Below are positions 19,871 to 28,050 of a stretch of 64,000 nt of DNA, piece by piece. The DNA is from an uncultured Eubacteriales bacterium. Lineage in GTDB: Bacteria > Bacillota > Clostridia > TANB77 > CAG-508. Both the position numbers and the translations under genes were made by a program. The notes beneath the pieces are model-generated. The model was not told where the DNA came from. It was given only the letters and a program-made list of their open reading frames with translations, and made no database searches. Within the stretch, counting starts at the first letter, position 1. Each line of letters starts with the position of its first letter. The DNA lies in NCBI GenBank assembly GCA_902787685.1, contig CADAHH010000009.1:18581-82580 (forward strand), read 5' to 3'.

Positions 19871-19972
19871 TGGTAAATTGGGACCGGGTAATTTTTTGCA
19901 CGTGCAATTGGGACCAGGTCCTTTTTGCACAGGCAATTTGGCAATTTGGGACCAGGTTCCTTTTTTTACACT
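19871..19972 (+). repeat. Array of three direct REP units upstream of the RAYT gene
   Basis: aaattGGGACCGGGTAattttttgcac / gcaattGGGACCAGGTCCtttttgcac / gcaatttGGGACCAGGTTCCtttttttacac. Confidence 0.9.
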
Positions 19973-20045
19973 TTTTTGCGAAAAATTATAGACATTATGG
20001 AAACTATGTGGTACAATATGAAAAAATACAGGAGGGTGATGCTTA

Positions 20046-20813
20046 TTGTCAAAGTATATACGAGAATTTAGTAATTCAAAAATATATCACATAATCATAA
20101 AAGGTATAGATGAAAGCACAATTTTTTATGATGATGAAGATAGAAATGTTTTTTTAAATAAGTTAAAAGTAACAAAGAAAAAGTTTAAGTATAAAATTTT
20201 AGCATATTGTTTAATGAATAATCATGTACATTTGGTAATATCAATAGAAAATGAAAATTTATCAAAAGGAATTCAAAGTTTAATTATTAGGTATGCAAGT
20301 TATTTTAATAGAAAATATGATCGAAAAGGTCCATTTGTTCAGAATAGATTTAATAGTAAAAAAGTTGAAAGTCAAAGGTATTTTTTAGAAGTCTGTCGTT
20401 ATGTTCATAGAAATCCAGAAAAAGCAGGAATTGAGAAAACGGATAAGTATAAGTGGAGTAGCTATCACGAATATATTGGTAAAGAAAAAATTATTGACAG
20501 AAGGTTTTTAATGCATTATTTAGGAAATGATATAAATAATTTTACTGAATATACCACAAAAAAAGAGAGCAAACAAGAAGTTAATAGATTAGCAGAGTTT
20601 GAGATGATAAGAAAATTAAGTGATGATATTGTAATCAAAATAATTTTAGAAAAATTTAAGTTTAATTCTGTAGATGAAATTATTAATTATTTTAAGAATG
20701 AAAAGAATTATGAAAAAATCAAAGTATTAAAAGAAATTCAAGGGACCAATCCAACACAAATTAGACGAATAATCAGAGTAAGTAGAAGATTAATAGAAAA
20801 ACATTGGCGTTAA
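20046..20813 (+). CDS. IS200/IS605-like Y1 (HUH) transposase family protein of the REP-associated (RAYT) type, with C-terminal HTH-like tail
   Basis: YHIIIKG...ILAYCLMNNHVHLVI (HUH motif) and catalytic-Tyr region YFLEVCRYVHRNPEKAG. Flanked on both sides by inverted REP arrays. Confidence 0.8.
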   Translation: MSKYIREFSNSKIYHIIIKGIDESTIFYDDEDRNVFLNKLKVTKKKFKYKILAYCLMNNHVHLVISIENENLSKGIQSLIIRYASYFNRKYDRKGPFVQNRFNSKKVESQRYFLEVCRYVHRNPEKAGIEKTDKYKWSSYHEYIGKEKIIDRRFLMHYLGNDINNFTEYTTKKESKQEVNRLAEFEMIRKLSDDIVIKIILEKFKFNSVDEIINYFKNEKNYEKIKVLKEIQGTNPTQIRRIIRVSRRLIEKHWR

Positions 20814-20977
20814 AAAAATACCCGGTCCCAATTTACCATGTGCAAAAAGTACCTGGTCCCAAATTGCCAAATTAAAATGTTGTAAAATAATTGATTTTAT
20901 GTTATATTGATAGCAATGTGCAAAAAATACCCGGTCCCAATTGCACGTGCAAGAAAGTACCCGGTCCCAAATTGCCA
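20813..20977 (-). repeat. Four REP units in the opposite orientation downstream of the RAYT gene (two doublets)
   Basis: aaaaaaTACCCGGTCCCaattt, gtgcaaaaagTACCTGGTCCCaaattgcc, gtgcaaaaaaTACCCGGTCCCaattgc, gtgcaagaaagTACCCGGTCCCaaattgcc. Confidence 0.9.
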
Positions 20978-20992
20978 AAAAGGAGAATTTAA

Positions 20993-23219
20993 TTGGAATA
21001 TTCAGGAGAAATACTAGGAATTATTTATCAAAATGAATTGAATAGTTATACTATTGCAGAGATGTATATAGATGAGTTAGAAGATGTTAAAACTATTGTT
21101 GGATATCTTCCTTTTGTTGTAGAAGGAGATAATTTAAAAATTATAGGAAAGTTTGTTGAACATAGGGAATATGGTGAGCAGTTTAAGGTAGAAAGCTTTG
21201 AAAAAGTGATGCCTCAAACTTTAGATGCTTTGGAAAGATATCTTACAAATGGTACTATTAAAGGAGTTGGTCCCGCAACTGCTAAAAAGATTGTTAAAAA
21301 ATTTGGTGATGATACTATTGATACTATTAAATATGCTCCTGAAAAGTTGGCCGAAATTAAAGGGATTACAAGAGATAAAGCAATAGATATTTCTGAAAGC
21401 TTTATCGAAAGTTGGGAAGTATGGCAAATAGTAGGTTTTTTAGAAAAATTTAGTATTGGTGTTGAAAATGCTAAAAGAATATATGATAAACTTGGTAATA
21501 ATGCAATTGATCAAATTAAGGATAATCCATATGTTTTAATCGATTTGGTTAGAGGTGTTGATTTTAGACAAATTGATAAAATGGCTTTAGAACTTGGAAC
21601 TGATGAGAATTCTAAAAAAAGAATACAAAGCGGTATTAAATATGCTCTTATTCAAACTACTTATAATGGCCATTCTTGTGTGATTTTACAAAATTTAGAA
21701 GAATATACACATAATTTATTAGATGTTTCAATTGATGGAATTGAAGAAAATATTATTAATCTTAAAGCAAAAGGTGAAATTATAATTGAAGAGCGTGATG
21801 ATGGAGAAGAATGGGTTTATTTGGAGAGTTTTTATAATACAGAAAAAGCAATTTGTAATAGATTGATAAAGTTAGACAAATATGAGAATTCAAAATATGT
21901 TAAAGGTATTGAAGATGAAATTGAAAAAGTTGAAAAACATAATGTAATCCAATTATCAGACAAACAAAAAGAAGCTATTAAAGCAGTAAATGATAATAAT
22001 GTTACAATAATTACTGGTGGGCCAGGAACAGGAAAAACAACTATTATTAAATCAATTATAGAAATCTATCAAAAGAAGAATAATAAAATAATGCTAGCAG
22101 CACCAACCGGACGAGCTGCTAAAAGAATGACTGAAATGACAGGATATGAAGCAAGTACATTACATAGACTGTTAGAAATTGGTAAAATTAATGAAGATGG
22201 TTTATATAAGCAATATCAAGATTACCAAGGTACACCAATTGATGGAGATATAGTAATAGTAGATGAAATGTCTATGGTAGATATGTTTTTAATGAATTAT
22301 TTGCTACAATCTGTATATCTTGGAACAAAACTGATTTTAGTTGGAGATAGTGACCAGCTTTCATCAGTAGGACCTGGAAATGTTTTAAAAGATATAATTG
22401 AATCTGAAAGAATTACTACAATCCATTTGGATAAAATCTTTAGACAAGCTGCAAAAAGTAAAATTATTGTAAATGCACATAGAGTAAATGAAGGAGAAGG
22501 TTTTATTTCTAAAAGTGAAGCTTCAGAAGATTCAAAAGACGATTTTTTCTTTATAAATGAAGTAAATCAAGAAAAGATATTAGAACAGGTAATGTCACTT
22601 TGTACAGGAAGATTACAAAAATTCGGAAACTATGATTTTTTTGATAATATCCAAATATTGACTCCAACTAAAAAAGGAATGCTTGGAACAAAAGAATTGA
22701 ACAAATCTTTACAAAATATATTAAATCCAGCAAACAATGGAAAGAAGGAGAAGGCAAGTAAAACAGGTATATATAGAGTTGGAGATAGAATAATGCAAAT
22801 TAAAAACAATTATGATATATACTGGGAAAGACATTTTACAAAAGAAACTGGAACAGGTGTATTTAATGGTGAATTTGGTACAATTACAGATATAGATGAA
22901 AAAGAAAAAAATGTAGAAATCAAATTTGATGATGAAAAAATTGCGTGGTACCAGTTTCAAGATTTAGACCAAATCGAGCATAGCTATGCTATTACAATTC
23001 ATAAAGCACAACGGAAGTGAATTTGATGTTGTTATAATGTGTGTCCCCAAAGCCGTTCCAATGCTATTAACACGAAATTTGCTATATACTGGAATTACAC
23101 GAGCAAGAGAGCTTTTGATTATAATTGGAGATAGTAGAACTTTAGGATATATGATAAAAAATGTGGATAGTAAAAAGAGAAATACAGGGCTTAAATATAA
23201 ATTGATAAATGAAAGCTAA
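20993..23219 (+). pseudogene. recD2: RecD2-type (RecD-like) SF1 5'-3' DNA helicase, interrupted by a +1 frameshift at 23012
   Basis: HhH N-terminus (GVGPATAKKIV), Walker A GGPGTGKTT, LVGDSDQLSSVGPG. ...AITIHKAQ is in frame 1 and GSEFDVVIM...YTGITRAR is in frame +1. Removing C23012 restores HKAQGSEFDVV. TTG start with RBS aaaggag. Confidence 0.85.
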
Positions 23220-23238
23220 ACAAGCGCAACTAATTATG

Positions 23239-23267
23239 TTGACATCCACAAACTAGTGTGATATAAT
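23239..23267 (+). promoter_or_regulatory. Near-consensus sigma-A promoter (TTGACA-17-TGaTATAAT)
   Basis: TTGACA at 23239-23244, extended -10 tgaTATAAT ending at 23267, 17-nt spacer, 26 nt before the ORF at 23293. Confidence 0.7.
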
Positions 23268-23292
23268 GAGTTTACTTTTTTGGAGGTAAGTT

Positions 23293-24861
23293 ATGGAAAA
23301 CAATGATGAAAAAAACAGAGAATTGGATAGCATAACAGAAGAAGAGATTTATGAAACTTTAACTAAAATGGATATGTTTAGTGGAATAGAATTAAATGAT
23401 ACAGAAAAAAATCAATTAACTAAGTTAATTGCAAGTGAGACATTTAAATTAGTTGATTTTTTAAACAAAGATAATGATGTATATGACTATTATTTATCAT
23501 ATGATGGGAAAAAACAATTTAATGGATGGAAAAGAATTCCGCCAATTTCTTTTGTGAATACTTATGGAACGATACCTGACGAGTGGCATGATAGTGTGAA
23601 GCATCAAAGTGAGAGAGCTAGAATTAATTTTTATAGAATTTTTAAGTTATGTGAGTTTGAAAAAATATCATTATATGACATATACGATAGATATTATATC
23701 CATAATATGAAAGAGTATGAAAATGAAGAATTATCAGAAGAAAAAGGGATGCTTGCTATATTTGGATTAGCGAATTTTTTAATTAGTAAGGGCATAGATT
23801 TTAAAGATAAAACCATAGCCAATGTTTTTAAAAGTGAATTAGCAGATAGCATAAGAGACTTTAATGATTCCTATGAAAAAAAAGATAATAATATTAATAA
23901 TAAACTAATTCAATTACATGATTTATTATATGAAACAATTAAGGAATCAAAAGAAGTGGATAAGATTAAGGTGGGATTTTTTAGCAAAGAATATGAGATG
24001 AGTTATAATGGCTCATTTGGATCGTTTATAATGGTAATTGAAAAATATAGATTTGGTAATAGAACATTTAGAGATAGATTGGAAGAAAGAATAAAAGCTT
24101 TTAATCATGTTTTTATAAAACCAAAAAACGGTGAAGTGAATATAAATAAATTTTTTGAAGAAGGTTTCTCTGGTGATGAATCAGAATTATTAGAAGATAT
24201 TGATGAAAGGTTATTAATTCCAGGATGGGATTTCAATGATAGATCCAAAGAAAGTGAATTTAAAACACATTTAAAAAGATTATACAGCTTATTAGTGCAA
24301 TCTTATATAAAATTTAAAGAGATTATTGATATTGATAGTAAAGTTTTTGATGATAAAATGGATATTACAAAAAACGATTTGTATGATAGTTTTCCTTTTG
24401 AATTTAGAAATGAACGAGAGTTTCAAAAAATGTTATATATTGAGATGAGAAACCTAGAAAAAATAATTGGAATATATAAAAACTATAGTGACTATATCAG
24501 GGGAATTCATTACTTAAATCCGTGTGGTATATTTAAAGATATAATTGCTGAAGGTCATTCTTTTTTAAAAAATCGATTATACCCATTAGATGATCTAGCA
24601 AACACATCTAAGTATTGTAAAAAATATCAAAAATTAATAAGTATTCAAGAAACTAGTTCAACAGATGATGCTTTAAAAGATTACATTACTGCAGAAAGAA
24701 GATACCAACAAGCAGCATCTACACTATTAGAAAGAAAAAAAATATTAAAATCATTCCAAAAATTATGTTATGTACCTACAGATAAAGAAACTGATTATGG
24801 AAAAAACTTTCAAACAATAAACAAAGAAACAAGTGCAATTGGTGATTTAGAAATTGAATAA
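23293..24861 (+). CDS. Hypothetical protein, 522 aa, no family recognised
   Basis: Long uninterrupted ORF with RBS (ggaggt) and a consensus promoter. Acidic and helical-looking, with no TM segment or signal peptide. The stop overlaps the region holding the RBS of the next gene. Confidence 0.6.
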   Translation: MENNDEKNRELDSITEEEIYETLTKMDMFSGIELNDTEKNQLTKLIASETFKLVDFLNKDNDVYDYYLSYDGKKQFNGWKRIPPISFVNTYGTIPDEWHDSVKHQSERARINFYRIFKLCEFEKISLYDIYDRYYIHNMKEYENEELSEEKGMLAIFGLANFLISKGIDFKDKTIANVFKSELADSIRDFNDSYEKKDNNINNKLIQLHDLLYETIKESKEVDKIKVGFFSKEYEMSYNGSFGSFIMVIEKYRFGNRTFRDRLEERIKAFNHVFIKPKNGEVNINKFFEEGFSGDESELLEDIDERLLIPGWDFNDRSKESEFKTHLKRLYSLLVQSYIKFKEIIDIDSKVFDDKMDITKNDLYDSFPFEFRNEREFQKMLYIEMRNLEKIIGIYKNYSDYIRGIHYLNPCGIFKDIIAEGHSFLKNRLYPLDDLANTSKYCKKYQKLISIQETSSTDDALKDYITAERRYQQAASTLLERKKILKSFQKLCYVPTDKETDYGKNFQTINKETSAIGDLEIE

Positions 24862-24874
24862 AAAGGAGTATCTT

Positions 24875-25669
24875 GTGAATAAAGAAAGTATAGATGATAA
24901 ATATTTTGAAATATTAAAAGAAATAATAAATGGAAAAAAAGAAATAAACGAATTAGACTTAAATGGAGAAGAAGAAAAAATATTATGTACATTAATAAAA
25001 GCAAGAACTTTGCAATACAAGAAAAAAACTAACAAGATAATTGAACAAATTAGAGAAGTTGATAGTGAAATTAAAAAATATATTAATAAACAAATAATTC
25101 TAGCAAGTAATAATAAAGGAAAAATTCAAGAATTTAAAGATTATTTAAAACAATTTAATATTGATGTAATATCTCAAAAAGAAGCAGGATGTAATGTAGA
25201 GGTTGAAGAAAATGGCACTACTTATGCAGAAAACGCTTTAATTAAAGCAGAAGCAATTTATAAATTAACTGAAAAACCTGTAATTTCAGATGATAGTGGC
25301 TTGGAAGTTGACTATATTGGTGGAAAACCAGGTTTATATACAGGAAGATTTTTAGGTGAAAATGCAACAAATCAGGAAAAGTGTGAAAAAATATTAGAAA
25401 TGCTTAAAACTGCAAAAGATGAAGAAAGAACTGCTAGGTTCAAAGTTGCAATTTGCTTTATCGATGAAAGTGGAAAAGTTGAATTCTTTTCAGGAGAATG
25501 TGAAGGGAAAATTGCTTATAGTATGAGAGGCAATAATGGAATGGGGTATGACCCTATTTTTGAATATGAAGGAAGAACTTTTGCTGAAATGAAAGAAGAA
25601 GAAAAAAACAAAGTAAGCCATCGTGGAAAAGCAATTAAAAAATTGCTTGACAGATTGTCTCATTTTTGA
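24875..25669 (+). CDS. rdgB: RdgB/HAM1-family non-canonical purine NTP pyrophosphatase (ITPase) with a ~70-aa N-terminal extension
   Basis: IILASNNKGKIQEF, SDDSGLEVD, FKVAICF, GYDPIF, SHRGKA motifs. GTG 24875 preferred (RBS aaggag at 24863-24868). The extension is in frame with no stop. Confidence 0.85.
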   Translation: MNKESIDDKYFEILKEIINGKKEINELDLNGEEEKILCTLIKARTLQYKKKTNKIIEQIREVDSEIKKYINKQIILASNNKGKIQEFKDYLKQFNIDVISQKEAGCNVEVEENGTTYAENALIKAEAIYKLTEKPVISDDSGLEVDYIGGKPGLYTGRFLGENATNQEKCEKILEMLKTAKDEERTARFKVAICFIDESGKVEFFSGECEGKIAYSMRGNNGMGYDPIFEYEGRTFAEMKEEEKNKVSHRGKAIKKLLDRLSHF

Positions 25670-25714
25670 TAAAACTATGTAGAAATATTTTTTAGAATTA
25701 CAATTTACAATAAT

Positions 25715-25865
25715 TAGATAATATATATTAATGAATGGATGAGTTCGACCTCTGTAGTAGTCATTTATTATTTTATCTTACTGACTATGCTTAATAAAGT
25801 ATGTTTTGGCACAAATTTAAGACAACTTGGAGAACGGAAGAAATGAATTAATATATATTATCTAA
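25715..25865 (+). repeat. Family D MITE-like repeat, copy 1 (~150 bp, TIR tagataatatatattaat)
   Basis: Reverse-complement copy at 63062-63210. The ends are conserved (..aatgaatggatgagttcgacc.. / ..caacttggagaacggaagaaatgaatt..) and the centre has diverged. Confidence 0.8.
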
Positions 25866-25902
25866 CTAAACAATGAACTGTAATTTAGAAAGGAATAAAA
25901 AA

Positions 25903-26820
25903 ATGAGACATTTAATCGATATAAAAGATTTATCAGTAAATGAAATAGACGAATTAATTAAAGTAGCTAAAGATATTATTGCTAATCCTGTGAAATATCA
26001 AGATAAATGCAATCATAAGAAATTAGCTACTTTATTTTTTGAGCCAAGTACAAGAACAAGACTAAGTTTTGAGTCTGCAATGATGGAGCTTGGAGGAAAC
26101 GTAATTGGATTTTCTTCTGCAAGTTCAAGCTCTACAGCTAAAGGAGAGAGCGTTTCAGATACTATTAGAACTGTAGGATGTTATAGTGATATAATAGCCA
26201 TGAGACATCCAAAAGAAGGAGCACCACTTGTTGCATCTATAAAATCTACAGTTCCTATTATAAATGCAGGTGATGGTGGACATAATCATCCAACACAAAC
26301 TTTAACAGATTTACTTACTATATCATGCGAGAAAGGTAGATTAGATAATTTAACAATAGGTTTATGTGGGGACTTAAAATTTGGAAGAACAGTACATTCT
26401 TTAATTACTGCAATGTCAAGATATAAAGGAATAAAGTTTGTTTTAATTTCTCCAGAAGAGTTAAAAGTGCCAGAGTATGTTAAAGATGAAATATTAGATA
26501 AGAATAATATTCCATACATAGAAACAAATAATATTGAAACTTATATGGCTGATTTAGATATTCTATATATGACAAGAGTTCAAAGAGAAAGATTCTTTAA
26601 TGAAGAAGATTATTTAAGATTAAAAGATTATTATATTTTAAATGAAGCTAAACTTAATAATGCAAAAAAAGACTTATGTATTATGCATCCACTACCAAGA
26701 GTTAATGAAATATCGGTAGAAGTAGATGATGATCCAAGAGCATGTTATTTTAAACAAGTACGTTATGGAAAATACATTAGAATGGCGCTAATACTTAAAA
26801 TGCTTGGAATTGAAGGATGA
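25903..26820 (+). CDS. pyrB: Aspartate carbamoyltransferase catalytic subunit
   Basis: [23 protein letters not shown] motifs. Start set at ATG 25903 ([10 protein letters not shown]). Confidence 0.92.
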   Translation: MRHLIDIKDLSVNEIDELIKVAKDIIANPVKYQDKCNHKKLATLFFEPSTRTRLSFESAMMELGGNVIGFSSASSSSTAKGESVSDTIRTVGCYSDIIAMRHPKEGAPLVASIKSTVPIINAGDGGHNHPTQTLTDLLTISCEKGRLDNLTIGLCGDLKFGRTVHSLITAMSRYKGIKFVLISPEELKVPEYVKDEILDKNNIPYIETNNIETYMADLDILYMTRVQRERFFNEEDYLRLKDYYILNEAKLNNAKKDLCIMHPLPRVNEISVEVDDDPRACYFKQVRYGKYIRMALILKMLGIEG

Positions 26821-26841
26821 GAAAAAAGAAAGGAGATAATT

Positions 26842-27261
26842 ATGAATATCGATAGTATAAAAGATGGAATTGTTATTGATCATATTAAACCAAAAACTGC
26901 ATTAAGTATATATAATGCACTAAAATTAAGTGATTTAGATTGTTCAGTTGCAATGATAACTAATGTAAAAAGTAAAAAAATGGAAAGAAAAGATATTATA
27001 AAAATTGATAAAAATATAGATTTAGATTTAAATATTTTAGGATATTTAGACCCTAATATTACTATAAATATTATACAAAATGGACAAAGAGTAGAAAAGA
27101 AACATATAGAGCTTCCTAAAGAAGTTGTAAATATTATAAAATGTAAAAATCCAAGATGTATTACATCTGTAGAACAAGAACTAAAGCACATATTTGTTTT
27201 AACAGATAAAGAAAAAGGTATATATCGTTGTAAATATTGTGAAACTATGAAGGAAGAATGA
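26842..27261 (+). CDS. pyrI: Aspartate carbamoyltransferase regulatory subunit
   Basis: GIVIDHI N-terminus and C-terminal Zn site CKNPRCIT...YRCKYCE. Confidence 0.9.
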   Translation: MNIDSIKDGIVIDHIKPKTALSIYNALKLSDLDCSVAMITNVKSKKMERKDIIKIDKNIDLDLNILGYLDPNITINIIQNGQRVEKKHIELPKEVVNIIKCKNPRCITSVEQELKHIFVLTDKEKGIYRCKYCETMKEE

Positions 27262-27302
27262 TTTAATAACTAGTTTTATTAAAAATATTATAATTCTGAA
27301 AG

Positions 27303-27513
27303 CCTAAATATATTATTTTTCAATCACTTGGTGTCGAAATCTTTATGTACCTGTAATTTTTCTTACGAAAAATTCAGCTACAATGTCGATTTCTCCAGTC
27401 GCCATGCGCTTCGCTCCGGTTTGCTGTCCATTGTTAAGGCTCTGCCTGTTACAATGGCAGTATGCGTTTGAGCTGTTCGCCTTACGCGTGATTTCAAAAT
27501 AATATATTTAGTC
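27303..27513 (+). repeat. Family A MITE-like repeat, copy 2 (full length, ~210 bp)
   Basis: 22-bp TIRs aaatatattatttttcaatcac / gtgatttcaaaataatatattt (2 mismatches). TGTCGAA at 27332-27338. Internal hairpins include ctgtccattgttaagg/cctgttacaatggcag. Confidence 0.85.
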
Positions 27514-27536
27514 TTTCTATAATTTTATAGAATGAG

Positions 27537-27565
27537 GAAAGAACATGTTAATGTTCTTTTTTTCT
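27537..27565 (+). terminator. Intrinsic terminator downstream of pyrBI / repeat A2
   Basis: aagaacat-gtta-atgttctt stem-loop followed by ttttt. Confidence 0.6.
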
Positions 27566-27612
27566 TGACAAAAGCAAATATTCATAGTAAAATAATTTGA
27601 AAATGATTTTCA
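27565..27612 (+). promoter_or_regulatory. zur promoter (TTGACA-17-TAAAAT) with a 7-1-7 Fur-family-type operator TGAAAATgATTTTCA
   Basis: -35 at 27565-27570, -10 at 27588-27593. Perfect 7-1-7 inverted repeat at 27598-27612, just upstream of the RBS. Confidence 0.6.
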
Positions 27613-27627
27613 TATTGGAGAAAAGAT

Positions 27628-28026
27628 ATGGTGAAACAAAATTATAAAACAGAACAAAGAAAAGAGTTACTTGATTATATGATAAGAAACTCAAAAAAGT
27701 TTGTTAAAGCAGATGAGATAGAAAAACATTTAAAAAATAAAAATATTAGTGTTGGTCTTACAACAATTTATAGATTTTTAAATTCATTAGAAAAACAAGG
27801 AAAGGTTAGAGTTGAACTTAGAGAACATACAAAATATTATCAATATATATCTGAAGAATGTAATAATCATTATCATTTACAATGTAAAAAATGTGGTAAA
27901 TTAATACATTTACATTGTGATGAAATTAATCAATTAAAAATGCATATAGCAAAAGAACATGATTTTGAAATAGACTCTATGGCTACAATAGCAGGAATAT
28001 GTGCGGAGTGCAAATCCGACCTCTGA
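27628..28026 (+). CDS. zur: Fur-family metalloregulator, probably Zur
   Basis: Winged-helix N-terminus and two CxxC pairs (CKKCGK, CAECKS). Directly upstream of a zinc ABC importer operon. Confidence 0.75.
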   Translation: MVKQNYKTEQRKELLDYMIRNSKKFVKADEIEKHLKNKNISVGLTTIYRFLNSLEKQGKVRVELREHTKYYQYISEECNNHYHLQCKKCGKLIHLHCDEINQLKMHIAKEHDFEIDSMATIAGICAECKSDL

Positions 28027-28050
28027 CCTCCAACTTCCAACCTCATACTT
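28011..28050. repeat. Family E element, copy 2 (pyrimidine-strand orientation) overlapping the zur stop codon
   Basis: caaatccgacctctgacctccaacttccaacctcatactt. Its reverse complement is purine-rich (gtatgaggttggaagttggaggtcagagg). Confidence 0.3.

Larger units (their letters stand above)
19871..20977 (+). mobile_element. RAYT-REP unit (Y1 transposase gene bracketed by inverted REP arrays)
   Basis: Architecture as described for REP/RAYT systems. The same REP sequence is dispersed at 9 or more other sites in the window. Confidence 0.7.

Noticed and set aside
19870-20094. ORF-track entries 19870-20094 (+), 20790-20978 (-), 55444-55635 (+) and 57157-57504 (+) as possible small proteins.
   Set aside because: They read straight through REP or family A repeats (translations such as NWDRV.., CTCNWD..). 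They are not conserved as ORFs between repeat copies, and they lack ribosome-binding sites.
19871-20977. The short palindromic units with 'spacers' on both sides of ORF 20046-20813 superficially resemble a CRISPR array.
   Set aside because: The units are separated by irregular 0-10-nt gaps, apart from one 47-nt AT-rich gap. The two sides are in opposite orientation. No cas genes are present. The same unit is dispersed singly through the window. REP arrays around a Y1 transposase explain it better.
23012-23020. Stop-codon reassignment (TGA or TAG read as sense) as the explanation for the split recD2, mutL and stp genes.
   Set aside because: Reading through the stops in the zero frame meets further stops within a few codons and loses homology. 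Homology resumes unambiguously in the +1 frame. TGA, TAG and TAA all terminate other well-supported genes in the window at the expected positions.
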